Shown here: one piece after another, positions 35,230 to 49,249 of the stretch | Numbering within the stretch: the stretch's first letter is position 1 | Layout: each line of letters begins with the position of its first letter | DNA from: Takakia lepidozioides | Lineage: Eukaryota > Plantae > Bryophyta | DNA: 64,000 nt | Assembly (NCBI GenBank): GCA_030704615.1 | Contig: CM060731.1 | Location: forward strand, 85,498,001 to 85,562,000 | Direction: 5' to 3' | Program-made: the position numbers and the translations under genes | The notes under the pieces: generated by a model | Told to the model about the DNA's origin: nothing | Databases searched by the model: none | Seen by the model: only the letters and a program-made list of their open reading frames with translations

Positions 35230-38200
35230 ATGGAGAGGGGGTATGGGGACGGGGGAACCGCACAAGTGGCCATAGAGTTGGGCATCGAATTCAGCGGGCC
35301 AGGGGGCAGCAGAGTGCCCACGCCCATACAATGGCAGCTCAAGGATGCCGCAGGGGAAGATTCTCTCGCAGACGTCATGGGGCACACAATGCTGGAAGTA
35401 ATGGTGGATGTGAGCCAGGATTCAGTCTCCTTACGTAGTGTGATACCGACTCTCAAGGACCCGGGAGGCCGAATGCTGAACGATGACTGGGAACTCAGCG
35501 CTTACGATGCTAGTTTCATGGCAGATGGACGGTTCAAGAAGAACAGCAGCTCTTTTAGTGCATCCCTCAAGCGCTCTGCCTCACGAATTGTACAGTTCTC
35601 ACAGGAATTGGCACGATCACTGCCACGCAGTGCTTCCTGCGTGCTGTCTAGTGGATTGAACTGGGACCCTGATAAAGACCCTCTAGTAGGCATGACCAGT
35701 ACCAGCGGTGCCCCTTTTCGTCGGCAGCAAAGTTTGCGCCTTAGAAGAACAATATCAGGAGCTGAGAATGCATTGGAGGGACTGCGCTTTATAAGCAAAG
35801 CCACGTCCACGGCGGACCTGAAGAGCCTCTGGAAGGCTGTCGAAGGTCGATTTCATGAGTTGGCAGCAGCTGACTCGAATCTGCTTTCACGCTCCAATTT
35901 TGGAGAATGCATAGGTCAGTTATCCCTTGAATGAATCTGTGTGTGGGTCCGTTTTACGTATATGCAGACAAACATGCAGCTCCCTTTTGTATGTGAGGTC
36001 ATGGGGGCTCGCTCCAAACACGAGAGGCATTCTCTAGATAAAAAGTATGTAACTTAGGGTAGAGAGAGTACTAAGCATCCAGGGAGTCACTGACCACATT
36101 CACGGTCACCTGGGGATCTCATGGCGGGTGAGAAGTGGATGGGTCAAATGATATTGTGTCATGGCACTGTCCACGCAGGAATGAAGGACTCTAAAGAGTT
36201 TGCAAATGGGCTCTTTGATGCTCTCGTCCGAAGGAAACTTGGTCACACAGTGGAAAGCATCTCCAAAGACGATCTCCATGAGTTCTGGCTGCAGATTACT
36301 GACAATAGATTCGATTCACGCATGCAGATCTTCTTTGAGCTGTAAGTGTCTCTTGAGAGCTTCATATGGGGCACATATATGTATCTGCCATGATGCAGCA
36401 AATCGCAGGGTAGTGTGGATCCGATCACTTACAGGCGTGGAGGTGCTTTGATTACAAATGCAGGTGTGACAAAGATGCGGATGGTCGCATCTCCGGGGAA
36501 GAAGTGAAAGAGGTGAGATGCTCAAGCTCAAGTCACACTTGATACTTCAGCTTCAATTCCAATATTACTAGTACCTCAAATCAGAGATCTGCCAATTGAT
36601 GCAATACTCTTCAACGGGACCTTTACCGGTCGGGAAATCCCGGACGTCTCGAGAAAATTTTCTTCAATGTTCAATAAATATTAACAAGTCAGGTTTCTAA
36701 AGTTCTACCCTGCATATCTAGTACAGGTCATCATGCTGAGTGCATCGGCCAACAAACTTTCGACATTGAAAGAGCAGGCGGCAGAGTATGCAGCACTTAT
36801 TATGGAAGAACTTGATGTCGATGGTGTGGGGTACATTGAGGTGATTGCTTCTGTCCACTTTAGAATATATAACTGCAGCTCCACGGGTGGCTCTGTGTGC
36901 GTTGCTTACATTCTAAGAATAGATTCTGGAAACAATCTCGTCAGGGAATGCTTACTAATACTGGGCACTGCCATTGTTTCCAGCTATCGCAATTGGAAAC
37001 TCTGATGCGAGGATCGGCCGTAGGATTGGGAAGGGATGCTGTCTTGCTTTACAGCCAGACTCTGGTCCCCCAAAAAAACCAAAACCGAATTGACAGATTT
37101 GTGGAGAAAAGTAAAAGCGCTTTCAAGGATAACTGGAAACGAATTTGGATCATTTGCCTGTGGCTAGTAGGCTTGGCAGCGCTTTTCGTCTGGAAATTCA
37201 TGCAATACCGCAACAGAGCAGCGTTCCATGCGATGGGATACTGCTTGTGTACGGCTAAAGGTGCTGCGGAGACCCTGAAGCTCAACATGGCCCTGATTCT
37301 TCTGCCTGTCTGTCGAAATACAATCACGTGGCTTCGCTCAACCAGGCTCGGATCATTCTTCCCGTTTGATGATAACATCAGTTTCCATAAGGCACGTCAC
37401 GGTCCAAGCGCATTTCCACCATTCGTACTGTTCAAATTGTATCAGAGAATGTCAAGCTTCTATATGCTAGAAAAAACTACCCTTCTCACTGCTCTGAAGT
37501 CTTTAATATCGTTTAATAACTACACAATCGCACTGTCGCAAAGAATCTGGATCAGTGTGCGGTCTCATTGGTGACGAATCTTGGATGGCGTTACATTGGA
37601 TGTGCAGGTCATTGCAGGAGGGATTGCAGTGGGAGTTCTTCTGCACGGGGGTTTGCATATAGTTTGTGATTTTCCGTTGATGGTCGACCTCCCCTACGAC
37701 GAGTTTGACAGGACGATAGGAGATGACTTCAATTATATGCAGCCGTCTTACGCAGATATAGTGAAGACACCCGCAGTGATGACAGGTCTCTTCATGGTGG
37801 TCCTGATGTCCATTGCGTTCACATTTGCCACTCCCTGGTTTCGACGAGGCCTCGTCAAGCTGCCAGGGACTTTACAAAAACTGACTGGCTTCAACGTATT
37901 TTGGTACACGCACCACCTGTTTGTGATAGTATACGTGCTACTCATAGTCCACTCCACCTACCTCATCCTCGAGCATAGTTGGATACAGAAAACCGTAAGT
38001 GACACTTGGCCGACTCAAGTGTGCTTTTTGGAACTGTGCATAATTTCTTGTAATCTACCCGGAACTTTCTAGTATCAATATTGACTCTTCGATCTTGTGC
38101 AACCAACAAATGTTAAGTAAACTGCGACAAGTTTCTTTCAGAGAGGATCTTGCTCTTGCCTGTTTAGCATAATACTAACACAAAAGAGCACATTCACGCC

Positions 38201-40364
38201 TGCAGACATGGATGTACATTTCTATTCCCTTCATTTTATATGCGAGTGAACGGCTTTTGCGTTTTATGCGAGCTGGACATTACAAGGTCGACGTTGTGAA
38301 GGTACGGATCTAGACGTGCACAACACCATCTGAAGCAAGCCATGAATCACGTGTATGCTGCGAGACCTGCTCGGGACTTACTTCTTGTCGCAGTAATCTA
38401 AGACTTAAATATAGCTTTCTTCGTTGAACAGGTTGCTATATACCCAGGCAATGTATTGGCGATACATATGCTCAAACCTCAAGATTTCAAGTACAAAAGC
38501 GGAATGTATCTCTTTCTGAAATGTCCAGCAATATCCTCCTTTGAGTGGTACGTCACCTCTTGAGCGTCATCTCACATTCTCCATGCATGTATAAGTTTGA
38601 TTCCATTGTGACCTTCACAAAAATTCAAGTACAGTTTTGTCCAATAGCTGTGCTACTTGCATTTCGCCTGTGGAACTCCAGGCCACATGTACCATTTTAC
38701 ATGTCTAATGGGGTCCCTTTCACAAACTGCAGGCATCCCTTTTCAATCACATCAGCACCTGGAGATCCTTTCTTGAGTGTCCATATCCGCACATTGGGTG
38801 ACTGGACACAGGAATTGAGGAAAAGATTTGCAGAGGTATGCAAGCTAGAGCTACACCTTCAATTTGCCGACTATGCATGTGTATTTGCCTTTATCAGAAA
38901 TTAATTGCCAGAATTTGGATCTGATTTTTCTCACAGACAATTTCATTGATAACGCGCTTGCCTTTCCTCTTGCCTTTCCAGGAAAATGGTGGACGAAATC
39001 GCTTGCAAACCGTCAACAATTTTGGATTGAGTGGAGAGGTGACATTGGCAGCAAGGTTCTGTAATTCTCTTTATCTTGTTTTATCTCCTTGGATATCAGG
39101 CCGTGTAATTGATCTTTAATGATTCCATATGTTTCTATTCTCGCTTCAGATAAGATCGCGCTCCGTACTTGCCAAAGAAACATCAGAGAGCTTAGCTGAG
39201 CTGAGCCTTCCGCACAAGCTGACCAAGACAACTTTTTGTCGGTTGACAGATTCCCGAAGCTCTGTATAGATGGGCCATATGGAGCACCTGCGCAAGATTA
39301 CTTGAAGTATGATGTCTTGCTGCTTGTGGGACTTGGCATCGGGGTTACGCCGTTTATTAGCATCCTCAAGGACATTCTGAACCATAGCAGGGCAGGCAAT
39401 CTGGTATGCAATCTCTTTCCTTGCAGATGCTCAAGTGGGACATTCTAGCTGCTGCGTGCGTGGGATGTGCAATGCATACCAGTGCTCAACATTTGACAAA
39501 ATTTACTTGTTGTTTCTGAAGGATGCCACTCCTGAGGTAGGCAATGAGACGCAAAGGAAAGCCAGGAAGCATCCGGGAATCACCCATGCCTACTATTACT
39601 GGGTCACAAGGGAGCAAGGCTCCTTCGATTGGTTCAGAGGAGTAATGAAAGAGGTCGAGGAGATAGACAGAAAGGTACCAGCGTTTAAACTTCTTATTCC
39701 ACTCATTGTCGAAGATAGAAAATTGGATCATGCGCTGGATGTGAAATGCCTGCTTCTCGTCAATTCAGATGCCCATATGAGAGAGTAATGCATTGTCTGA
39801 GACCAGGCTAATTTGGGATCTGTCTTGCATACAGGGCATGATAGAGATGCACAACTACTTGACCAGTGTATATGAAGAGGGGGATGCACGATCAAGCTTG
39901 GTCATGATGTTGCAGGCCTTACAGCATGCCAAAAATGGCGTTGACTTAGTCTCAGGAACTCGGGTGAGTACATGTTCTCCTTCCTTTCTCCTTCTATGAA
40001 TCACTCATGAAACAACACGGAGTCTCTTGTACAGCATTGAACTGACTTGTCTTGGGATGGTCGCATTGCAGGCGCGCACACATTTTGCAAGGCCCAATTG
40101 GAAAAGTGTGTTTTCACGACTGGCCGCAACTCATAAAGATAAACGAGTCGGTAAGCCAGCATGGTCCCCGAACTGCAGCCACTGATGTTCCGAAGCTGTT
40201 GCTTTCTCATGCAGCTTCTTCAACTAAGCCCCACCAGTATGCTTTGCTGTGCAGGGGTGTTCTACTGTGGGCCAGCGGCGTTGGCCAAGGAGCTAGACTC
40301 CTTATCAAGATCGTACACCGAAAAATCGACCACCAAGTTTGAGTTCCACAAGGAGAACTTCTAA
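35230..40364 (+). CDS. RBOH: Respiratory burst oxidase homolog (plant NADPH oxidase), 15 coding exons, apparently intact
   Basis: Exons 35230-35914, 36179-36341, 36464-36512, 36727-36840, 36984-37391, 37608-37994, 38206-38301, 38432-38547, 38733-38835, 38982-39055, 39250-39403, 39522-39674, 39835-39963, 40072-40150, 40255-40364. Motifs: [15 protein letters not shown]-hand [78 protein letters not shown]. Confidence 0.97.
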
Positions 40365-42279
40365 TGATAAAGTGGAAAGATGCATGCAGATATTTTGTAC
40401 GAATCTTAGTTCATGATCTCATAGATACAACTGCCTGCGTGCAGTGCCGTGCACACAAGTTGCACAATCTTAATCTTCCCATTTCCTGGGGTTTACATTC
40501 AGATTAGGTATTTTTCCTGCTCTGACATTGGTGCAGATGATTCTGGCTGACACACTTCGGAGGGAGAAGCTTCTGTAGATAGAGGTGGAGAACACAGAGG
40601 AGGACAGGCATTGCCAGCTGAAGATGTTTTGGCCAAGTATCCCCTGGAGCCATGTCAGATTTGAACAAGAATTCGCTAGATCACAGGGCTAACGACAACA
40701 AGCGGGCCCTTAGTTGTATCTAGACTGAGGTATCAATTTTTCGTCAAACGGAGGTTTTGATCATTATGTACTTTGTATGTGGGACAACATTGCTCCTACC
40801 AGTGAATAACACAGGAGGGCAGGCATCCCAAGCGAGCCTGCCCCCATTTCGATCAAAGAGCTTGAACTTGACGATGGAATGATCTCTTAATCTGATTTCA
40901 AGTCTATTGGGTTGGAACCGTTATTTAGCACATTGTGCATGATCAGCAAAATATCTTGGTCTCCACAGTTTGAAAGTAGATGCACATTAAGCCGTTCCTG
41001 TCTCCCCTCAGGCAAGAGTGAGCCAAGAGTAGGTACTTCGTTGAAGCGACCTGATTCAATTCCTCAGTTCAATTGGCAAGAGAGAGATCTCATGACGATA
41101 TAGGGGGTTGGGGGGGTAATTAGTTTATGGAATAATGGATTTCAAGACTACAACCCACATCATCGTGACGGAGTATTGAGCCTACTGCAACTTGAAAGAA
41201 AGTTCTAACAAAGAAGAACCTGTGAACATTTATCGACGTAGCATGGACTGCATTGAGTGCATTATGTAAACCTGGAAAGGATCGTGATTTAGCCACAAGA
41301 GCCCTTGGCACAAGTATCTCTCTTCCTGAGAACCTTCCGGGGGCATCGCTTTGTTGGGCGACGTGCTGGCTCATTGGGTTCTGCAATTGTCTTCTCCGAA
41401 ATTTGTGGTGTGCTTTGAACTGGTCACGCTGAAATGCTGGATAATCCTTGACAGCCAAGTTGTCCTCTGGAATGATTATGATACATTGCCGCAATTGAGT
41501 TCCATTAGATTCTAAGCATCGCTGCACGACTGCCGCCTACGGATTGCTCATTTTTCTACAAAAGATTGGTCAAGCCCGCTTTTAGAAGAATGTTTGAAAA
41601 GCTTCGGTTCGTGAATCTTTGAAATGGTTATGGTTCCGGCGCAAGAACGGGGCTATTTCCTATTATGCACGTTTTCTCTTGTCGCGTGGAGAGGGGGCCC
41701 CATCTTTTTCCTGCAATAATCAATATCCTTAAACGTCCACAGGAGGTCGTTGACTTTTCCAAAAACATAGACCCCTTCAGTGAAAAATCGAGAGAACTCG
41801 CTGGAAAATGGGAATTTTAAAAATCTGACAGCACATTACTTATGTGCTCACCTATGTACCACATCAAGACATGTGCAAATTTTGGAGGCATTGCCCCAGA
41901 TCTACAAAATCTCCACCGTTGAACGTGGGGCCCATTTTTTGGGCCCAGTCATTTATGTAGACATACAAATGATTACATGGATGCGCTGATGTCGGACAGA
42001 TGCCACGCTGGACGCTACGCGGAATGTCCGACAGATGCCACGTTGGACACCACTGGAGATGCCAGTCCTTCGCCACGTAGGCGCCAGGCGGATGCCACCT
42101 CAAGCCTGAAATGCAGCCCGTATGCATTACACGTGGACAGACATGTCCATGACTACTTTTGTGTCTAAATGAACCCTATGACTATTTCGTACAACTGACT
42201 CGGCATATATTTCTACGCGGGCACGTAGTCATTTTAACAGTTACAACTGATATTTAGTTGTAAACAGCAGTCATAAAAC

Positions 42280-43400
42280 AGGGTTTCTGTTGTAGTGAGT
42301 ACATGGTCAAAAAGCCAGTGAAATAAGGAATTAAGATCTCGTGTTTGGCTGGTGCGAATTCAAGGTATGTGCACAAGAGGGAGGTATATCTTGGCAGGGA
42401 GGAGGATGTGGAGTTGACAAATGGCATGGGGTATTCTGTTGTGACAAGGCTGCTATTTGGATTTGAGGGGGAAGGCCACATTGTCACATTTTTTCTCTAG
42501 CCCCTTGCTTTTCTATGACCTTGCACAATTCGGTATCTATGCTACAGGCACTGTGAAGACAGCGCGTGTGGGATTCCCTGCCTGCTTGGAATTGGTGAAA
42601 ATATGAGAGAGAGGGAGGCTGGACTACCGGATGCATATTTCTAACAAGCTTGTTGCCTTGTCTTGGTATGATAACAAGTGTGTGAACCTCTTGAGCTCCA
42701 CTGTCAATCAATCTTGTGGCTGAGAACTGTTTTTTTCATGTTGGAAAATAGCTCCCTAATCTACAACCTGACTTGTAGATAAAGTCTTAAAGTCTTTTGT
42801 CTTAAAGTCAAAGCTAGTCCATTATGGCACTACTTACATATGTAGTAAAAGTAGGTCTAAAAAACAAGTCTTTAGTGATTGCTTTTAGCCTAGCTAGAAC
42901 TATATAAGAAGCTCCGGGTGAAGCCACAGATCAGTTGTTCATGCTGTGTGCTTCTATGGTTGGGTGGAGAGCTTCTATACAATCCTCATTTTTATTCTAT
43001 TTACGTTTTTCAACAATTCAAAGGTGGCACCGTGGTGCCCGCCATGATGTCCCCACCTCCCCCATTGTGAAGCACTACCATCAACATATGAGGGGTATGG
43101 ATGTGCAAGACCAGTTGCGTGGCTACTACTATGTACAAACCCGTGACCACAAGTGGTGGCACAGGTTGTACTGTCATTCAGTGAACACACAGCCTTGGTG
43201 AATTTGTATCTGTTACACAAGTCCTGGATGAAACGTCGGGGTCGGGACCCCCGATCACATCTTCTATTCAATGTAGAGGTTGCCAAAGGACTGACTGCCG
43301 GGTGGCTTGGTCCCAGGAGAACAGTTCAGCCAGGGTGTTGTGTCCCAAACCCGACAGCCCTTCACTTTTCCCTCAAGAGCCTGTTTTGTGAAGCGTCACA
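42280..43400 (+). mobile_element. Degenerate piggyBac-type (DDE_Tnp_1_7) transposase
   Basis: YMVKKPVK*GIK...EVYLG...GMGYSVVTRLL...FFSSPLLF..L...GIYATGTV...SWYDNKCVNLLSS, then PIVKHYHQHMRGMDVQDQLRGYY...HKWWHRL. Confidence 0.8.
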
Positions 43401-43563
43401 GCAAGGGCCTTTGATGGGGGTGAGTTCCATATGCTAACTACTTTGGCTTATTTGCAACTGCAGAGAGATGACTCCAGCTTTGCCACGGGTTCCTAATTCT
43501 GCAGGTGCTCTCTCATTTGTAGTATCAATGTTGTCTTATTCTGAACACTCTAACCACTTTAGG

Positions 43564-44330
43564 TGTAGGGGGGTTTATGCTAGTTCTATGCATGAAAAGG
43601 CTGTAAATTAGGTGTCACCTTGGCAATTGAAAGTCTACTGATAGGAGGGGGTGGTGCAGGCTGGTGTGGAACAAGCTGATTGATTCGGACATGGACACTG
43701 AAGTCCATGGGCAATGGGGGAACTGTTTTGGCTGGTTGTAGGCTATGGGGGCTGTGTGGGGGCCTTCATTTGGGTCTGCTGCTATCGTTGAATTAGAAAT
43801 TGGATGCAGTTTAGGGAATTCACTTTTAGAATGGTAGAGCTGGGCCGGTAGTGCTCTTCCAATTTTGTACAAACTGCTGTGCAGCTAACCAGCCTAGTTT
43901 GTGAGGCATTTTGTAGAGATGACCTTGGTAGTGAAGTTGACTGAGCTCTGCTACAGCTTTTGTAATGCTGCTAATGCTCAATGGCATTAGCAAGCTTAGG
44001 TCTTCGGTAGGTATGTAGGTGATAGTCCCCTGGCCAAGTGGGGGTGCACAAGGGGGAATTCCCCCCCTTGTGTGCATGCATGAGCTGTCAATTGGGACAG
44101 CTCCATGGATTCAAATCCCACTCATGCAGTTCAGATTTTCTATTGCCTGGCTTGTTTGCTTGTTCATGTCACATTCAGAAGGTGCTGCTTTAGAGGACTG
44201 CCATGGCTAGCTTGTTCATGTGACATTTAGAAGCTGCTGCTACCTGCATATAATTCTTTTCACCATGCAAAACCAGTGCAAACACAGAGTACTGGCACAA
44301 AGCTTGAAACCAAAAATGTACCCCCCCTAC
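43564..44330. mobile_element. Possible MITE
   Basis: Ends GTAGGGGGG.../...CCCCCCCTAC; internal hairpin TGCACAAGGGGG-AATT-CCCCCCCTTGTG at about 44045-44075; non-coding. Confidence 0.3.
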
Positions 44331-44569
44331 TTTGACCAAGTCTCACATATACATTGCTTGGCCAAATGGCATGCTTTTCATCTTGCTGGATGAAGGGTCT
44401 GGAGGGGAACAACTGGGAGCAGATTCAGCTAAAACGGATGTCATCCCGTCAGTCAAATTCCCAATTTACTGGTTCCAACTTTACTTTTTTAAATGGGGGA
44501 GGACGCATATCTCCGCACACGTGTGTAAGTTTTGTAATGCCACGTGCACTCTTTGCGCATGTCTAGTTG

Positions 44570-45255
44570 CCCTGCCCTGCCCTGCACTCCCTCTCCCTCT
44601 CTCTTGGTAGGGATAAGTGAAGGAGCAGGGGTGGAGTGTGGGTTCAGATTCGTCCAACAGAGCTGGATTTGAAGCACAAAGCTACGTAATATGTCGATAA
44701 TTCGCTGGCCTGCCCCCTTTAATTAAACCGATGAGACATTTTAGCATAAAGATGAAAGCTTGGAAGCTGGTGGGCAGGTGCACGTTCACCTTATCCAAAC
44801 TGGATTTAAGCCAGACCTTTTTTTAGGCAACGCCGGCCTCGTCAACATGTATGTTAAGTGAGGGAGCAGCGCTGAATACTCAGTAAATGCGGGAGCTCTC
44901 TGCAGGTGGCTCCCTGTCCTTGCCTCTCCCTGCCGTGCCCTCCCTCTCTCTTTCTCTTGGCAGGAATAGCTGAAGGAGCAGGGATGGAATGTGGGTTCAG
45001 ATTCATCCAAGAGGGCTGGATTTCAAGCACAAAACTACCTATAATCCTTTGCTCTGCCCCCTATAAACCAAGGAGACAATTCAGCAGATTCAGATACTTA
45101 GCTCTGTCTCTTGTATGTGTGCATAAGGAAGAAAGCTTGGATGCTGGTGGGCAAGTTCATGTTCACATTATCGAAGCTGGATCTAATCCAGACATTTTGC
45201 CTACATAACGCCTTGTTAACATGTATATTAAGTGAAGGAGCATTGTGAATACTCA
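44570..45255. repeat. Diverged tandem duplication of about 330 bp
   Basis: GAAGGAGCAGGG.TGGA.TGTGGGTTCAGATTC.TCCAA and AACATGTAT.TTAAGTGA.GGAGCA each occur twice; partial third copy at about 48865. Confidence 0.85.
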
Positions 45256-46769
45256 CCAATTGCAGGGGCCTGCTGCTGGTGGCTGGCTGCTGATGCAGCG
45301 GTGGCCTGCTTGCTCCCACACATGCGTGACCTGCCAGCCAGCCAGCTGCCCACCCACCCGAACAGCCAGCACACAAAAATAAAAATAAAAATAAAAAGAA
45401 TGGAAGAAGAGAGGGAGAAAGGAGATCTTTTCTTGGCAGGAGCATCCTTCATTTTGGAGGCTTCCAGAGCTGCGTTCAGCTCAATCCGCAGTCTGAGCTC
45501 CCATGCCCACCATATCCAGACCCACTCAGTACCTGGAGTGTCACCCTCTCCTGCAGGGAAATATGACCAACCTCCCAACCCCTTTCCCCACCCACACCAT
45601 CTCTTCTGTCCTGCTCATAAATTGGGTATGGGAAAGTAAAGCTGTGCAAATATCATGCCATGGAAAATAGACGATCAGAGGTGTGAGGGTACGCACTTGA
45701 GAAGCTTGTCCACACGTGTCAAGGCTAAAATAATAATGTGGTATTGTTTGCTTGGAAAGAAGGATCCGTTTAGCTGTGACCTGCACCATCATATTCCCCA
45801 AAACTGCTGATATGGATTGAATAAACCAACTGCAGTGGCCACTCCCCCTATCTCTTGAATCACAGAAATATACCTTCACGCAAAATTACCATATCAAAGC
45901 AGATGCAAGATTGCTAAGTCTGAGTGTTTACCCTTCTGATTTGAGTGTTAGGAAGGTCTCTATAGTCCACGTCTGCAAGGGGTAAAGGACCACCATCACT
46001 TGGTCTCTGTGAAGGAGAAGGTCCTGAAGCTGTATACATCAGACACATGCATCTTCCACTCAGGAGTTTCCACCTACTGGAAACAAAGTCAGAATAAAGT
46101 GTGAGGTCGATAGGTCTGTTTCAAGTAAAAGTTGCACAAGAGGCTAATGTTCTAGTTCAGAGCACGAAGCACTACAGTTGGACTAATGTCAGAACTCTTA
46201 GAGTTCATAATCTATTGGGGCAATCCAATGGGAGGACAGCCAAACAAACAGCATGTGAAACACCAAAGCCTCTATGACATTGGAAGGCATGTACCTGACC
46301 AACAGGGTGTCCTTGGCGTGCAGTTAATGGAAGTTATGTAAGCAGGAGTTCTGGCCGTCAAAATTCAAAGCTACGCAGATGAATCATTGGTATGTTGGTG
46401 TGGTACCCTGTGAAAGAATAGGACAAGGCAACCTTGGAGATGGAGTAAATGGAGGAAGGCTTTCTTGCCAAGATCCTAGTCCCAGTATTCTATTCTCTAC
46501 AGTACCAGAACTTGCAATATTCAAACATGAAACCATGGCATGTTCAAATGAAACGGCAGGTATGGACAACATAAGTAGGAAAATCATTGGAAGGCTCTCA
46601 AAGGACAAAGTCTCATCTTTTGAACTCATGAACCACCAATTGAATGAACAGAAAAACTGTTTACCAGCAGTAACCTAATGAAAACATGGTTGGCCCATTT
46701 TCTGTGGTGGAGTCCAAGTTTCTCTTCTACACATTAATGGTCAAATTTTAACTCATAATTTGGCCTCAC

Positions 46770-46844
46770 CGTCTCAATTTCGCAAAGGACATCACCAGTA
46801 GCGACCGCATCACCCTCCTTCTTTCGCCACTTTGCAATGTTACC
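46770..46844 (-). pseudogene. Lipoyl-domain exon of dihydrolipoamide acetyltransferase (pyruvate dehydrogenase E2)
   Basis: AG|[25 protein letters not shown]|GTGAG, a 75-nt exon with intact splice sites. Confidence 0.8.
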
Positions 46845-49210
46845 CTGCACGTGTCTGCCCCAAACTGATAAGTACAGTCTTTTCAAAATAGAAAACTGAA
46901 GAACCCGTACAAGGGCTTTGATATGAGCCAGCCTGGCATTCCTGCATGATCCTTCAGCCCAGGACTCCAATTAACCTTATCCGCTGTAACCTAATTCTTG
47001 AAGGGAAATGTCCACATTTCCTTTCTCTTATGCCATGTGTCCACTCCTAGACCAGGATGAAATTGAATCCAACTCAACTGGATGGGTATCAAACACATCT
47101 TTTTGGCACAGATTGTGACAACCAGAGTGACCCTAATTAACTGTTTTAAAAATCTGTTCTCGTTGATCTTCCAGGTATGGAGCAGTCTTTTGTGAGACCG
47201 ACACATCCTCCACGCATTGTTTGTTGTGTGTGAGGAGGTGGAGGAAGTGCATCAACTTTTGATTTGGAGATCCAATTTTGACCCACGTTGCAGTAGTATC
47301 CTGATCATGCAATGGTCTGTTAGAGTTTTTGGAGGACACCTCCAACACTGGCAAGCAGCAGCGCCCTCACCCATTCAGCGTCGAGTGTGTTGCATAATGC
47401 AGGGGCCTTGACTTAGGAGCTAGGATCCAGAGTAAATCATTTCGCATTGGGGGGCTTGGGATTGGACACATCCATGCTGGCCTCTTCCGTTTAGAGCTTG
47501 GTGTCTCAAGTTGGAACTGCCGTTGGAGGGCTTGGCATACTTGCCCCTCCGATGACCACAACTGCTGTCCTTGCCACCATAGCCACATCTACTTTCGTTG
47601 TGTCATTTTTAAGTTTATATGAAAGTAAAGAGATATTTATAGAGGGCGAAGATTAACCTTTGAGATACGATGCTGACAAAATTGCTGCTTAGTTCTAAAG
47701 AAGACGAGTGGACATCATCGTTCGATCCGCCAAAATAACGTTTGAATGCTCAACATTGACAGCCAGCATTCTCATGGACAAGTACGTAGGAAGGTAACAA
47801 GAGAAGGAAATTAAGTTGCGTTCTACTCAGCTGGTGGAGTTGATAACCCGGCTTGGACCTACTGCTATCAAGGTACGGACCTCCTTAAACTTCTAAAATC
47901 CCAAACTTTCCACAAACGGAAACTGACCTCAAATTTCGAATTGGGGGTGTACAACCGAAGCGAAAAGTGGAGTACCGGAAGTAAGTCTGTCAGTCAGGAC
48001 AGTCTGCTCCAATATTCTCATAGTAGGAGGTTTTTGTGCCTGAAGCCTCACATTGAAGCCACGCCAGCAAGTGTGCCCCTAGCTGAGAAGGGACAGGAGG
48101 GGGGTCATAGACACATCTGCCAACTTTTACCTCATTCCAACCATGTAGTTATACTCTAGCATTGCAAGAGGAAGAGCTGTGAATAGCAAAGACCTTGTGC
48201 AGACTGTGAAAGCAGAGTACAATAGGCTGGGTAAGAAACTCAAAATAGCCAAAAATCTAGTTCGTGGAGGGTAAAGTTACACCATTCCAGAAGGAGGGTC
48301 AGCAGAGCATGTTACCAACCACTTCTGTCTCCTAATATTTCAAATTTTTGGTGTCAAACCTTCAATCCATTTCTGTGCATGATCAGATAGGGCAGGCACT
48401 GAGTATAAGGCCAGACAATTGTCAGCGGTATACTTAGAGGAGTTGCGAAAGCTGCAAGACTGCGTCCTGCCTTTCTCAACTGCTGAGGCCAAATAGTTGA
48501 TTCTGGCGGGTCTAGGCAAACCAGCTGAGGAGATTTTCTCAGAGATTCCAGTGGAGCCAGTTGTTGCAGCATCTCTGGGGCAGGTCGGGACATTCTTTCG
48601 TGCCTTCTTGCAGGGTGATTTCTAGCACAGACAGACAGTTGTTTGTTATGCCTTTGTTATTCTGTTCACCAAATTTCACAGTGACTGGTCTGAAACACTT
48701 ATGTGACATCTGGGAACTTCAGATTGCAAAGCAAACACCACTTTAAATCATGCCTAGTCATATTCACTTGTGTTTGCAACGCACATGCAAGTCTGGTAGC
48801 CCTGGAAAAGACCACATCTACGGTTAGTCGCCAGGGCATCTGTACATGATTTGTGCAGAGGCAGGGATAGTTGAAGGAGCAAGGATAGAATGTGGGTCCA
48901 CAACTAAAATCAACTATTGGTAGAGTCTCATTTCCTAAGACCAAGACCAAGCCTAAGACCAAGCCGACCCTCCCAAGTATACCTTGTAAACACCAGGAAA
49001 AAAATCAAATCATGGAAGAGCAAAATTTGCAAGATGGACAACCTTCTTCACATCATACACTAAGATAGGCACACCTTGCGATTGTAGTTGTCCCACCATG
49101 TTGAAGGATATGAGTTTTGAAAGATTGTGACATTTGGCTAGAGGGAAATTATGTATTTCGGGTCAGAACTGACATTGCCAAGGTATGCATGTGCAGCCAA
49201 TCCTGTGCAG

Positions 49211-49249
49211 GAGATTGGAATGCCCTCTCTCACACCCACAATGACCCAG
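49211..49249 (+). pseudogene. Preceding lipoyl-domain exon of PDH E2
   Basis: TGCAG|EIGMPSLTPTMTQ|GT. Confidence 0.75.

Noticed and set aside
41120-41550. 135-aa minus-strand ORF downstream of RBOH
   Set aside because: No recognisable motif, and there is an in-frame stop just after the nearest upstream ATG.
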